In this document: one piece after another, positions 36,456 to 50,589 of the stretch
Layout of the letters: the number at the start of each line of letters is the position of its first letter
How positions within the stretch are numbered: the first letter of the stretch is position 1
NCBI RefSeq assembly: GCF_963921235.1
Contig: NC_086097.1
Span: 161,078,001 to 161,142,000 of the forward strand
DNA length: 64,000 nt
Direction of reading: 5' to 3'
From: Mobula hypostoma
Taxonomy: Eukaryota
The notes under the pieces: model-generated
Seen by the model: the letters and a program-made list of their open reading frames with translations, nothing else
Told to the model about the DNA's origin: nothing
Database searches by the model: none
Position numbers and translations under genes: made by a program

Positions 36456-36999
36456 CAGTTGTCTACTTAGTGTTCTTTTTCCTTTACATTTTTCTTTTAG
36501 CGAGATACTCACATATGACTTGGTGGTGTGATGATGTATGCCATTCACATACTTCTTAGATATAACCCATAATGAATTGTGTAAACAAACAAAGAATGCT
36601 TTATCAAACAATATATTTACAATATTACACAATGCAGTTTTACTGAATTATTAAATACATTACAGAAAGCATTACTGAAAGGTAATTCTCTGGAGTTACC
36701 GTCAAAATATACTTGAAATTCATTTGAAACATCACTTCCTAGATATTTGGCTTGAGAACCAACTTAGCCTATCTTTCTGCTGGTTTATTTTAACAGTTGC
36801 AAAAGAATAATTTCATCTTGTTTGCACAGTTACTGAAACAAGATCTACCCACAAAGAAATGCAATTCCTTTAATTATGCTAAAAGGGTCTTCATTAGTTT
36901 TCGATTACACAGGAATTTTACCTCAAAGGTTGAATAAGCATCACATTAAATTAAGGTTAAATCATCTGTTTAAGCAGGAACAAACCATATATTACTTGC

Positions 37000-37073
37000 C
37001 TGGGTTTCCTGTTCAGTACAATGGTAACAATCAGACCATAAATACCAAGAGCCCCCAGGTTTATGCTCCAGTT
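37000..37073 (-). other. Candidate host exon (74 nt, GC donor)
   Basis: Acceptor attctcttttaag; donor CAG|gcaagt matches the GC-AG consensus. Two frames are open. Confidence 0.3.
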
Positions 37074-40000
37074 CTTAAAAGAGAATATTATTCAAAATGC
37101 TATTAAAATTTCTCCATTCTTCCAAATAAATCATCACGATTTGTCACTTTATGTTACATTTAGAATTGTGTCTTTTAATCACTCACATTACAAAATCATG
37201 AAAGCTTCATCAAAACCCTTTAAGTGGTTGTATCATATCCCTCCAATCCCCAGCCATTTTTATGAAACAATTCAAACAGGAAAGCAAAATATACCAGATG
37301 CTGAGATTCTGAATTAAGTTAGAAAATATCAGTAATACTCAATGGGTCAGGCAGAATCTATGGAGAGAAAAACATTCATTTCACTTTCCACTGAAGCTGT
37401 CTTATCTGCTGAGAAATCCCAGCATTTTTTATTTTGTTCAAATGGGAAGATCCTCCCTTGGGAAGGGAGATAAATGCACAGTAGGCATTTCAGGTGGATT
37501 TTCAGAATCAGAATCAGATTTACTATCACTGACATATGATGTGAAGATTGCTGTTTCGTGGCAGCCTGGGCTGAAATATCATTAAATTGTATCCCTTGTG
37601 CCTTACAAATTCTTGAAGTAGTTCTTCATTTTCCTCACAGGATAACTGTTCAGAATCCTACTTGATTCCAAAAGATAAAAAGATCAGCTTTATTTGCCAT
37701 ACGTACATTGTAACATAGAAGCCTACAGTGAAATGTGTTGTTTGCGTCAATAACCGACACAGTCTGAGAATGTGCTGTGGGCAGCCCACAAGTGTCACCA
37801 TGTTCCCGGCACGAGTATAGCGTGCCCACATGCCCTCACTGATTGCGGTCTGTTGGTCAGGAAGTCAAGGTTCCAGTTGCAATGGGAGTTGTTGAATCCC
37901 AGGTTTAAGAGTTTGGAGATGAGTTTGCATGGAATTATAGGATCAAAGCACAAAAGGAATACAAAAATCATCTTTAGGTATGTGAACAGGAAAGAGATTA
38001 GAAAATGAACGGGGGCCAAAAAGGAATGCCTCATGGAGACTGAGGTCATGGCAGAGCTGCAATATCAGAACTTGATGATGGCATCCGTCTGACTTCTGAA
38101 TTAGCTCCCAGTTTTAAAAATAGTCTATGTCTTTATTCCTTTCATGGAAGTGCATGACCATACACTTCCCTACACCGAATTCCATCTGCTACTCTTTTAC
38201 CCATTCTCCAAAATCTTTTTGCAGATTCCCTGCTTCCTCAATACTACCTGCCCCTCCACCTATCCTTGATACATTCGCAAATTTATCCACAAAGCCATCA
38301 ATAGTTTATGTCTGTCAGGGAGTATTCTAGGTTTATGTGGATATAGCAGATATTAATTCAAACGAGAACCAGTCTTCAGTTCTCAATGTAGATTGTAAAC
38401 TACAAGCAGTAAATTGACTGTTGTTGAAGATGATGGTGGCATCCGTCTGTTTTGAAGGATAATGGAGTTACTGGTGTGACCTCTCCAGGGCACAAGCCTG
38501 GGCAGAAGGTGTGGAGATCCTGGGATGCCCAGTTATCGAGATCCCCTCTCAGCTTCACTGGTGTAGTCCAAAGGAAAGTGAGGCAATACGTTTGGCATCA
38601 GCTTGGCTGCAGCAGCTGCCAGAAGGATGTTCAATGCTGTCCAGCCGCCTTAAGGTCCCCACTCTGGATTTGTGGTCCGGGTTTACTCCTGTAGCCTTTG
38701 CCTCTCCCAGGCTCCCCACAAGGCTGTGGGGCTACTTACCCAAAGCTGGGGATCTGGTTCATGAGCACCAGGGCGTGTCCACATGTCGGTGGGCCTGTGT
38801 CCTATGCGAACAGCAGCCAGACCTTCTCCCCATCCTCTTTAGTTCAGCCTGAGTCCAAAAGGTTTTCAGTTTTCACGTGTCTCCAGCAAGGAGGCATTAC
38901 ATGATGCTTGCTGTTGCAGAGTACTGACTTACCCATCCAGCTCTCCTTTTTGTGCAACTGCTAGCCAACGGTGGAAGCTGAAAGTGAGAGCGAGAAGCAC
39001 TACCCACTACGTTACCACACTAGACGCATCACCACAACCATTTGACATATATGAGTACTTGACATGCAGTATATCTGCAGGTAGAAGATGCTAATGGAGT
39101 TATCACAAAGCAAAATGTAATAGAGATTCAGAATGGATTAAAAAAGGGAATAAGAATAGGTATTGGAAAAGCTAATGACACTTAAGTTTGATGAAACACC
39201 TGATCCAGGTGGGATCCATTCACATTTGTTAAGGGAAAGCATAAAATTGCAGAAGTGAATAGTTCAGTGTGCATATGGACAAAAAAAGCCTGCAATGGAC
39301 ATGTTGGGCTGAATGGCCACTTACTGTGCAGTACAATGCTATGTCTCCCTGGCCATGCCATAGTCTTTCAAGTACCTATGGATTTAGGAGTGGTGCCTGC
39401 AAACTAGGAAATTACAAATATCACACCGTTTTTCTAAAAGGATTTAGAAATAAGCCCAGTGATAAAGACCACTCTAATCAATTAGCAGAAGCTTGGACAA
39501 AGAGGATTAATGTTGGACATGTAATTAATGAGATATATATCGACGTCCATATAAAAAACTTAAAATCAGGATTGAAAATCATCAAATAAAAGGGGCTGTA
39601 GCAAGCAATTTGAAAGAAATGTGGCAAAACAGGAGGAAGCAGTTTGTTTATAAAAGGAGCTGTACAGTGAAGTTCCCCAGGGGGTCAGCACCAGGAGAAG
39701 TGATTTTCCAAAAATGCATTTCTTAGTGTACAAGTCATAATTTCCACATTTACAGATGGCACAGAACATGGAGGTATTGTGAGAAGTATGAATATAGGCT
39801 TTGTGGAGATATAGAAAGGCTGGTGGGATAGGAATGTGGGTAGTAGGTTAAAATTAATATGGACAAACTGCCAGGAGGAATGAAAAAGGCACAATTATTA
39901 GATCAATTAGATCCATGGGTATACATGCTCAGTCCATTGAAAGTGGCAGGCAGATTGCAAAAATGGTTAAAATGATTTGAATCCTGGGCTTTATAAATAA

Positions 40001-40199
40001 GGTCACAGACACAGGAGCAAAGAAGCTGTGATGAACCTTCATAGTGGTCTGGCTTGGACTGATGGCAGATTACATCCTGATCTGGGCAGCACAACTTTTT
40101 AAAAAATGTAAAGGCTTTGGTGTGGGCAAGGAAGAGATTTGACTAAATTCAGTACAGGGAATGAGAAACAATAGTCAAATCCTGGCAGTAGTGGTTAAA

Positions 40200-40450
40200 C
40201 ACAAGAGGTCATGCAGATGCCGGAAATCAAGAGCAACACACACAAAATACTGGAGGAACTCAACAGGTCAGGAAACATCTATAGAAATTAGTAAACAGTC
40301 AACGTTTCAAGCCAAGACCCTTCATTAGGACTAGAAAGGAAAGGAGAAGATGCCAGGTGGAGAGAGGGGAAGGAGGACAAGCTAATGGTGATAGGTGAAG
40401 CGATGGGGGAGGGTGAATGAAGTAAGAAACTGGGAGAAGTTAAGTGGAAA
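40200..40450 (-). mobile_element. Penelope-like terminal fragment with degenerate hammerhead motif
   Basis: Minus strand at about 40296-40333 reads tagtc-CTAATGA-agggtcttggctt-GAAAC-GTT-gactg. Confidence 0.7.
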
Positions 40451-42122
40451 AGTAGTTACAATCATGAAAAGCATTGATGAAGCAGTTAGAGAAAATTTTG
40501 TCTCCTTGGTGAGAGGTTCATGAACTTGAGGACTTAATATAAAGGGGACTGAATAAAGATTCAAGATTCAAGATTGTTTAATGTCATTTCCAGTACACAA
40601 GTGTAAAGGAGAATGAAATAATTGTTACTCCGGATCAGATGCAGCACAAAAAAAGCACTCTAAGATAAAGAACATGATAATAAAAAATACAATATATATT
40701 AATACATTAGACAGCTTATATACTGTACAAAGATTGATTGTATGAACTAAATGATATGAGAATTTTTCACTTTACACAGAGAATGGCTACGTTATGGAAG
40801 ACACTGCTGGGGATATTGAAGGCAGATTTAATGGCATTATTCAAAAGGGAGTGGGTAATTGCCTGATGGAAGAATTTGGAGAACTATGGAGGGATTACAA
40901 GGGACTGGGATCAATTGGATTATTCTTACTTAGAACCAATGAAGGCCTAGATGAGCTTTTCCATGGTGTAAACATTCTGTAGTATCAAGATTCCATCTAA
41001 AAGCATGCCCTAGAGGAAGCTGGTAGATGGGGCAAGAAATTAGTGACACTAATGCAGAAACAAATAAGACATCACTTTGAGTGTGCAACATGCAGATTGT
41101 CAAGGAGTAAAATGAAGACAAGGAATCCACAACTTCAAAAGCAGTAGCCTTTTGATTGTCTTTGTTGAATGCATCCAACTTTCTAAATCACTATCATCAA
41201 AGAACTGTAAGTTCAGTTCCTAATGTTGGGAAAGGCTGAACAGTGCTTATGTCACTGATGACCCTCAAGTGAAAAGTGGCACGATCTCTAGTGAACATGC
41301 TTTAAAAATATTTGCATCTGTGATTCAGTTATATTGTCAACTTAATTCAAAGAAGTGCAGTAATTTATACTGCATACTTGTACTGAACGGTTGATGATAT
41401 CAAGTTCACACTTAATAAGCACATCAATTATGAAGCTGAATCTTTGTAATACTTCTGTTTTAAATATTTCTTCAAGCTTCTCTCTGTGAGTTATGATAAA
41501 AAATTTATTTATGAACCTGCATGGGACATATTGTTTCTGTTCTTTGTGATATATTACAGTCTCACTACACATATGTTTAAAAGAAGGGTGAGTCGGTTCA
41601 AAAAGAAAGTCATATACAGGATACTCCTTTTGTTATTTATGGCACTTTACAAAAATGATGTTAATATTTAAATATAACACTACTCAGATGAGGTAACACA
41701 GAAATTAAAAAAGTTATAGTAATCTGTAACATTTATATTGACTTGGCACTTGTAGACTTTGTCAGCGCTGAATGACATCAGTTTCTCTCATTGGCAAATG
41801 TGCTCACTTGCAGGTAAAAACCAACAACAAGTGAAATACAGAGTTCATTGACCAAAGAGAAATGCACTTGAAATTTTGTTAAAACTTTACATCATAAGTC
41901 ACCCTTTGATGAATAAGAGGTGATACACTTGTTGTTTTAAAATGATTAAAGCTGTTACTAGAATACATAGAATCTACTTCCTCTGGTAGGGAGAGAAAAG
42001 AGAGGAGGGAATGATGTGGGGTTGCATAACTTTAAAATTAGCAGTGGGTTGATCAAAGAGGCTGTCAAGAGATACATCTTCATAAGAAGTAAAATGGAAT
42101 TCTTGAATACAAAGGCTAATTC

Positions 42123-42408
42123 AGTGTATCGTAATGGTTAGCACAACGCTTTACAGTACCAGCGACCCACCTTCAGTTCTTGCTGCTGTGTAAGGAGTTT
42201 GTATGTTCTCCCCGTGACCATGTGGGTTTCCTCCGGGTACTCTGGTTTCCTCCCATAGTACAAAGAGATACCAGCTCGCCGGTTAATTGAACATTGTAGA
42301 TTGCCCTGTGGTTAAGCTAGGATTAAATTGGAGGATTGCTAGGTGGCACAGCTCAAAGGGCCAGAAGGATCTACTCCATGCTGTAAGGCAATAAATAAAT
42401 AAATAATA
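42123..42408 (+). mobile_element. tRNA-derived V-SINE (HE1-like)
   Basis: A-box-like gtaatggttagcac; V-domain ggagtttgtatgttctccccgtgaccatgtgggtttcctccgggtactctggtttcctccca; (TAAA)n tail. Confidence 0.8.
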
Positions 42409-42895
42409 AGATTCAGCAGTGAATTCAACACGTTTAGACAACTAGCAACATCTAACGTTTGCATATTACATTTCCACAATTGCAATTTTCTTCTGGTAAT
42501 TTCAATATTAGCTACCTTCTCCTGTTTCCATCTCTTCTAGACACGCATTTTGTAATTCAGAAATGTCTCTACCATCCTTTTTCAGCCAGTTCCATCATCA
42601 CTTTTCATTACATCACTTCTGCCTCCCTTCCTTCTCACTTCTTCTTCCCTTCATTCTCACACCTTGAAGGTTGTTTTTAACTCAACATTGTCTCACTTCC
42701 AAAGCAATATCATCGACATAAACATTTTTTATCAATCCACAGATGGAAGGCGATGGAAGATGCACTTACAGTACACAAAAATGCAAAATATTATTAAATA
42801 ACAATAGTTCAAACCAGCTGAGCATGTAAATAAGGAATAAACTGCAAATGGTCTCACTCATGGTCTCCGAATTTGTTCCTTAGCCCTTGAGCTAC

Positions 42896-42963
42896 CTCTG
42901 AAGAACAGACATTGTTCCAGTGTAGTGAAAATATAACTGTTCCATATACCAACATCTTTCAAT
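42896..42963 (-). other. Candidate host exon (68 nt)
   Basis: Strong acceptor catttttctcattgcag; weak donor GAG|gtagct, with an alternative GA|gtgaga about 38 nt downstream. Unique sequence; product not recognised. Confidence 0.3.
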
Positions 42964-45037
42964 CTGCAATGAGAAAAATGACTGGAAAGTTGCCTGGAGT
43001 TTCAAGTGTATCTGATAAATGTATTAGATTGTGTAGCTGTAGGGTCTTCTGCTACACAATGCACTTGAAGTCAATGACTGCATAATCGAGTGATGAAGCA
43101 TTGAACATTTTAACCATTCAAAGTGCACCATTCAATATCCCTGTTAGGAACTGAGATTAGGAGAGCAGAACACCACAGTACCAATTAGGTTTTCACTTTG
43201 GCCAGTTTGGAAGAAGGTGGTATGTGAGCAAGCAGGAAAATGAAGACCTACAAAATATAGATGCTGAAAGCTTGGATTGGGGGAACAACAACTCAGGGCC
43301 TTGGGTGATATCAGGTTTGGGAGGTGGGAGGGTGGTGTTGGAAGGTATGCTTTGATAGTAAAACTGTATAGTTCTGATATGAAAGCTGGACGAAGAATAC
43401 AGGATAAGTTGCAGCTTTATCTGGCAAATGTCCTCATTACCAGGAATGACCAATGATAACCACTCCCAGGGCAATGAAACTTATCTTCCCCTGTAATAAT
43501 CCAAAAGGTGAGTTGCATGGAGATTGACACTATTCTGTGCACAGCTGGTACATACATAGCATCAGAAGTACAAAGCATGAATATGCCCAAAAATGCCAAA
43601 TTTCTCAAGTGTCACAAAATCATACAGAATGGGTAACTACTGCTTCACAGGAAAAAAGTTATATTGTGTGACAACAAAAATGTAATCATTTTCACTTTAT
43701 GATATTGTTTGAGATTTAATCTTGAGCAAGACACATAGGGAGCTCTGCTCATTTCCATGTTACTTAGAGAGGTCAAGCAAGGCTTCAAGTAAACATCTTA
43801 TTTAAATGACAGCTCTTTTGGCTCCCAATCATCTTGCAAAGCTCAGTTGTATAACTTAAAAATTTCCCATTTTATAAACTGAAGAAATCCAAGAGATAAA
43901 AAACAAACTGAACACTATACTGAGGTTGTGAAAGGCACATTATAAAACTTTTTTTCTTTTTTGTTCTTCTTTTAACTTTTAATACAATTTAAACTCTTGA
44001 ATCTGTACCTGGAATTACATAAGTTGTTTCCATGTGCTTCTCAAAGGAAATAAAAATCCTTTGTATGATTAACAGAACCAGAACTGCAAATACTGCTCTG
44101 AATGAAGCTAACTATTGCCTTATAAAGCAATAAACTCCCACCTTTACATCTGTTCTATTTACTGGGAACTTTTGCCCTTTTTATATTCCAGCTAAGCATT
44201 ATGCTGGTGGTCTCATTAAAATGTTATAGCTTGCAGCCAAACCCAGAACAGGGCTAATATAAACATAACATAGTCACTGATACCTCGAATAGGATATAGA
44301 GGAGAAATTTCTCTTCAGAAGCCAGATAAAATGTAAAGCTGGTGAATACAAGGAGGACTTGATGTGATAAGACAGCTATAAACTATACAAAGTTGAAAAA
44401 ATGAAACCCTTTTGATTTCCCATTCTTCCTTATCATGGCCCTTGCACTTTATTTGTCTATCTGCACTGAACTGCTCTTTCTCTGTAATCACAACACTAGA
44501 TTCAGCATTCTGTTTTCTTATTACCACCTCGATAAACATAAGGATTCTCTTATACCTTGGTACATGTGATAATAATAAGCCAAAACCAATAATGGTGGGG
44601 TTAGCTGAAGAGGTTTCAGAGTAAGCTGTGTGGAACAGAAATAAATTATGCATTTATTAGATTATATACAGACTGCATATAATTTTCTGGACTATGGTGA
44701 GGCCTATGACCCTTATGAAACCAGATGACTATCTGCCAACTGAGAATGAAATGTGGCTTACTGCTTCATTCACCTCCCTTATGCAATAATAGACAGCAAA
44801 CTATGAACATAATGAATTGGTTTCACCTACCATGATCTCATTGAATAGTTCACCAAATACCAGGGATAATAAATCCTATATATTGTTCCTAAGCTCCAGT
44901 GAAAATGTTATCTCAAAATACCTCACTTTTCTTTATCTATTTGCATTTCCCATTCTTGGTTGAATCATCTCAGAGAATTTGCCTTTATCTAACACATTTA
45001 GATATATTTAATGAAGAAAATGTTATTCTAATAATAG

Positions 45038-45349
45038 AAACATAGAAACATAGAAAATAGGTGCAGGAGTAGGCCATTCGGCCCTTCAAACCTGCACCGC
45101 CATTTATTATGATCATGGCTGATCATCCAACTCAGAACCCTGCCCCAGCCTTCCCTCCATACCCCCTGACCCCTGTAGCCACAAGGGCCATATCTAACTC
45201 CCTCTTAAACATAGCCAATGAACTGGCCTCAACAGTTTGCTGTGGCAGAGAATTCCACAGATTCACCACTCTCTGTGTGAAGAAGTTTTTCCTAATCTCG
45301 GTCCTAAAAGGCTTCCCCTCTATCCTCAAACTGTGACCCCTCGTTCTGG
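45038..45349 (-). mobile_element. Young short CR1 3' fragment
   Basis: SRTRGHSLRIEGKPFRTEIRKNFFTQRVVNLWNSLP with a (CATAGAAA)n tail. AATAATAG is duplicated at 45030-45037 and 45350-45357. Confidence 0.92.
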
Positions 45350-47114
45350 AATAATAGTTCATAATGTAATAAAACTCACTAACTAACTTGAAAATAATAA
45401 AGAGTTTGGTCATTATGTAATGAGAAACACTTTTGTTGGGCAGGATGATCAGTAACTGGAGAAGATAGATTTATGAGATGGAACAAAACCAGGAGGAAGA
45501 GCTTTTTTTTTCTATTATGCTAAGTAATGCAGTTCCTGGAAGGGTGGTGGAAACAAATTTAATAATAGCTACCAAACGAGAATTGGCTCCTATGTTAAAA
45601 AAGACGTTGCTGGACTGTAGAAGAAGGGTGAGTCTAATTGGTAGCTGTTTCAAAAAGCAAACACACATATAATAGACCAAATAACCTCTTTCTGTGCTTT
45701 CTGATCCTGTGAACACGGTATGGCATATCTCATGCCCTCCATCAACTATTATATCCTTAGGCTCAAAGGCCTGGATGCAAAGACAACTCATTGAAAGATG
45801 GATTCAGGAATGCTACCTGTAACACAGGAAGAAAAAAACAACAGTGCTTGAGTATGCTTTAAACGTTAGAAAAATTGACATCTGACAACCCACTACAGGC
45901 AGTTTTTTCTTTAGATCCTTTGCTGCCAGTGTTTTCCAACCATTTCAACGTGTTGTGTTTGTGAAACCACAAATCACTGTTATGTTCTAACCTTGATTAT
46001 GCCGTGGGTCTGTCACTGAGCCAATGGCCAATGCCAAGGTTAAATTAATACCATAATATTTAACTGACACTACAAAAGATTTTTATGTTATATGCACTTG
46101 GGCAGAGGGACTGAAAGCTCAATATTCAAAGCTGCAGTTATTGACACCCTCATTTTTATAAAACCTGACTTGGCCACAGTGAAGCAATCGCTGGAACCTG
46201 GAGAGGGTCCAAATTGCTGAAAGACTGCCTTTCTTTTCTCCCATTTATGGGCATGGATTATTATGGCATTCCTACTGAAATTCAAAATGCCAAAGAAACA
46301 AAATACCTAACATGTCACTGCATTTGTGAGTGCTAGCACTCACCAAACATGACCTACGACAACAATTGTTAAAAATATTTTATTTTTTTATTCATCAATA
46401 AGCATGAACTCATTATTGTCTTTGTAATCTTCTTATTTGTGTCTCCTGTGGTCATAAACAATTTGTTTTATAACAAAATCTTGTGAGATAAGATGTGTGC
46501 CATCTGGATCATTAGTGCACTTTAAAAATTTTTATGGTTGATAAGTATTAAACTCTGTACTTGCAAAGTTAAAGAAGCCATGGCAGGTTAACTTATATTC
46601 AACAATCATTGCAAAACCGTAACTTAATTCAAATGAGGGTGACATAGAAACAAAGTTGATTCCATTTCTAAAGATGTTTTTAAGAAAAGCTTAGGATTTA
46701 ATCTGTCCATCATTTCTTGAAATTCATACTTAATCACAGAGTAGTACAGCACTGAATAGATCCTTCAGCCCAACCCATCCTTGCTGACCACTGTGCCTAT
46801 CTGTAGCAATTACATATACTAGTCTGTATCCTTCTATCCTGTCTATTCAAGTGTGTCTTAAACATAGTGATTATATCTGAAATAACAACCAATTCTGTCC
46901 ATGCATTCCAGATATCAGCCATTCCCTGTATAAAAATCTTTCCTCTCCAATTCCCTCTAAAACTCTTTCCTTTCACTTTAAACCTAGGTCTTCACTGTTT
47001 TTTTCCTACACCTACCATGTTTGCCTTCTATTTTATATACCTCTATCTGAACACTCATCAACCTCGTTCCCACCAGGGAAAATAATCAGTCTGTCCAACC
47101 TCTCTCCACGACTA

Positions 47115-47729
47115 CGAGGGGTGATTGATAAGTTCATGGCCCAAGGTAGAAGGAGTCAATTTTAGAAAACCTAGCACATTTATTTTTCAACAAAGCTCTC
47201 TCCTACATTTACACATTTAGTCCAGTGGTCGTGGAGCATACGGATCTTGGACCTCCAGGAAGTGCCCACAGCATGGGTGATAGATGGGTTCGTGGCCTAA
47301 GGTAGAAGGAGATGAGTTATACAGCTCTTGTTACATGCCCATGCAGTTCAACTCATTGACTGATTATGCAGAAAGTTTGAAGTTAATAACTCATCTCCTT
47401 CTACCTTAGGCCACGAACTTATCAATCGCCCGCGATGAGTTATTAACTAATGAGTTATTAACCTCAAACTTTCTGCATAATCACCCAAAGAGTTGAAATG
47501 CATGTGCACCTAATGAGAGCTGTATAACTCATCCTCTTCTACCTTAGGCCACGAACTTATCAATCACACCTCCTGTGGGCACTTTCTAGAGGTCCAAGAT
47601 CCGTATGCTCCACGACCGCTGGACTAAGTGTGTAAAGGTAGGAGGGGACTATGTTGAAAACTAAATGTACTAGGTTTTCTAAAATTGACTCCTTCTACCT
47701 TAGGCTACAAACTTATCAATCACCCCTCG
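47115..47729. mobile_element. Mariner-derived palindromic MITE (615 bp)
   Basis: TA TSD at 47113-47114 and 47730-47731. TIR CGAGGGGTGATTGATAAGTT. Arms are inverted over nearly the whole length. The right arm encodes a mariner C-terminus, WTKCVKVGGDYVEN*. Confidence 0.9.
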
Positions 47730-48369
47730 TAAGGTCCACTGATCCTGTCAACATCCAGATAAATGCCCTCTGTTCTCTTTTTAATGCAATAACATCCTCT
47801 GTTGCAACCAGAAATACATACAACATTCAAAGAATCGTTAAGCAGTATGTTGCAAAGTTGCAGCATAACAACTAGAACTTAAAATTATATGCCCCTAACT
47901 ATGAAGGAAAGCATGGCAAGGCTTATTAAACATTCTTCCTAAATTCACACCCATATCGCTAATATATATCACAGATAATTTTTAAAAAGTATGCAAGACA
48001 AGCTTTTCACTGTCTCTTGGTATATGTGGCAATAATGAACAAGTACCAAAAGTCTCAGCACCAATCTCTGAGCTCAGCAATGGTCACAGACTTCCAATCT
48101 GCAAAACATCCTTCCACGCTGTCCTCTAAGTTCTTTCTTCAAACCCATTTTTTTGATCCATTCAGCTAGCTCATCTTAAATTCCATGTTCCTTAATCCCC
48201 TGGACCTTCATATCCTCTGGGTCCCTATCATATGGGACCCTGTTAAATGGCTTACAGGCCCTTACTTTTCCATATAGGCAATGTCTACTGCCCTGTCTTC
48301 ATCATTCTTCTTAGTTACCTTTGGGTTATTTGCAAATCACAAAATGTCTTAGCAAAATGTAGTATTTTA

Positions 48370-48940
48370 GAACATAGTACAGTACGGCACAAGAACAGGC
48401 ACTGTAGCCCACAATGCTGTTGCGAACAGATTTTATTAGTAATCAAATATCCAACCAAACAAATCCCTTCTGCCTGCACAATGTCCATATCTTCCATTTC
48501 CTGCACATTGATGTGCTAACCTAAGAAGCTCTTGAATGCCTCTATCGTATTTGCTTCCACAACCACTCCAGGAAGTGTATTCCAGGCACCCACCACTGTG
48601 TGTCAAAAATCTTGCTGCACATCTCCTTTAAACTTAATCCTTCTCATCTTAGATGCATGTCTCTACTAGATATTTCAACCTTAGGCGAAGATATTGTCTG
48701 CCTACTCTATCTGTGTCTCTCATATCCCCTTTCAGCCTCTTCCACTCCAGTAAAAGCAACCCAAGGTTGTCCAACTTCTCTTGAAGTATATGCCCCACAA
48801 TCTAGACAGCATCCTGGTAAACCTCTTCTGTACTTTGTCTAAAGCCTTTGTATCCTTCCTATAATGGACAAACAGAACTGAATGTACATAATACTCCAGG
48901 TGTGGTCTAACTACAGTTTTATATATAATAGCTGCAACAT
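48370..48940 (-). mobile_element. Decayed CR1 3' fragment
   Basis: YKTVVRPHLEYYV and KVQKRFTRML on the minus strand. Confidence 0.8.
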
Positions 48941-49599
48941 AAGCAGGAGAATTTGCACCTATTTTATTTTCGTATATTGCAGTCTCTTTGCATCTTTTTA
49001 CCTCAGCCTGATCCATTGTTTGAACCTCTAAACCTTGCTATTTGCTTTGACTTAAGTGAGAGGTAGACTTGGTCATAAATGTGAAGTGCCTGGTTGTTAT
49101 ACCTGGTATACCTGGTAGCTTAGACTGAGATAAACGTGGGGTAGCAACAGCCAACATTCCCTGTTTAAAAGATAAAAGAAGAAATTACAGAATCAATGTG
49201 TCTGTTTAAGGAGACTGGAGACACAGAGGACTGCAGGGGCTAAAATCTGGATCACTAAAAACTCAGCAGGTAAATCGGATGATGGCCATTTCATGTTGAA
49301 GACCTGCCTCAATTTGTTTGCCACCACAGGTGCTGCTTACTTCTCCCAGTAGTTTACTTTTTTAATTTGGTTACAGAAACCTGTCTGCAATTTTGTAATT
49401 GTTGAAAATGGTGTATTTGATGAAGGCCTGAACTTAATGTTTACTTCACTCCTCCTCTCCTTAGGCAGACCATTGTGATCGAGGGTGCTTTGCTTCTATT
49501 CCAGTCTTGTGAGTTTTGAGGTGAAAGATGAAGCATTGTATTTGAATCTACAAAGATGTAGATTCCTCTCTGGGCTAGCAACTGCCTTACAGGGCTGAT

Positions 49600-50290
49600 T
49601 TTCTGCCAGTTTCCTCTCATAATCAGTTTTCTCCCTGCTTACTAACTGTTTAGTCCTCTGCTGCCTATTTTGAAAAATTCCCAGTCCAATGGCCCATTTT
49701 GTCTTCTCTAGTTTTTGGTATAAGCTTTGCCATAAGTTCCTGTGTTAACTGGGGCTAATTCATCACTCTCACTCAGCTCCACTTTCTGATTGGGATAAAT
49801 TACTGCTCAGTATTATGGAATAGCTACTTTGATATCAGCCACTATTCATCCAGTAATCTTTCCTTTAACGTATTTTCCCATCCCATTCAAGACACATCTT
49901 CCTTGACAATTTATAAGTTTCTGTTATTTAAATAGCAGACACAGCTTTTGGTCTCAAGGTAATCAATATCAAACTGAAAATAAAATTGTGCTGTCAAGTG
50001 ATCGCTACTTCCTTGAGTATCCTTAATATAAGATTCAACCAAATCTGAACTAATCTGTTCCAAGGTAGGTCCATCAACATATTGCTCTAAGAAAGAATCC
50101 CAAATGCATTCCACAAATTCCTCTACCACAGTATCCTCGTTAGTTTGATCAATGGTTGTAATAGGCAAATTAAAATCACCCATGCTAATTGCTGTTCCTT
50201 TCCTTTATGTTTTCCTGTTACTGCATTGTCTTACCATGATGCAGTACTTTAGGGTCCTAAAGACCACTCCCACCCATGTACACTTTCCTC
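49600..50290 (-). mobile_element. Old CR1 endonuclease-region fragment
   Basis: MGDFNLP, FVECIWDSFLEQYVDGPT, GSSDH. Confidence 0.7.
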
Positions 50291-50589
50291 CATAATCAAT
50301 GTATGTGTGTGATCCACATAGAAATCATATACAAGCAGAAGTGAATTAGCATCATGATCAGTGGAAACATTGTGGGCCAAAGGGCCTGTTCCTGTAATGC
50401 ATTAGCCACTATGGTCTGCATCCACCTATCCACTGATTCTCTATCACTCACATCTGCACCGATTTTACAAAAGGTGAGTTCTGAAGTTTCCCAGTCAGAT
50501 GTCCTGATAGTGTGCATCTTCGAAGTGACACAATATACTGTACTTCTGGCTTTAGGATTTACAGCAAGCTGGTCTGGGCCAACATATTG

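Larger units (their letters stand above)
22698..36664 (-). mobile_element. Decayed Ty3/Gypsy LTR retrotransposon expanded to 14 kb by nested insertions
   Basis: Homologous LTR sequence at 22698-22878 plus about 25093-25146, and at about 36460-36664. TG...CA ends. TSD GAAAG at 22693-22697 and 36665-36669. Integrase remnants (PWQRICVDFARPFMG...VDAATKWP) at about 25400-26625. RNaseH/RT/gag remnants at about 30790-32600. Confidence 0.88.

Noticed and set aside
36990..42963. Resemblance of candidate exon peptides to TXNDC12 (FGDH) or HGSNAT (CYHC)
   Set aside because: Only 4-5 residue matches, and the flanking sequence does not fit either protein.
47115..47729. Recurring ~35-bp repeats resembling a CRISPR-like array
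   Set aside because: They occur in both orientations at irregular spacing and are explained as nested mariner TIR copies.
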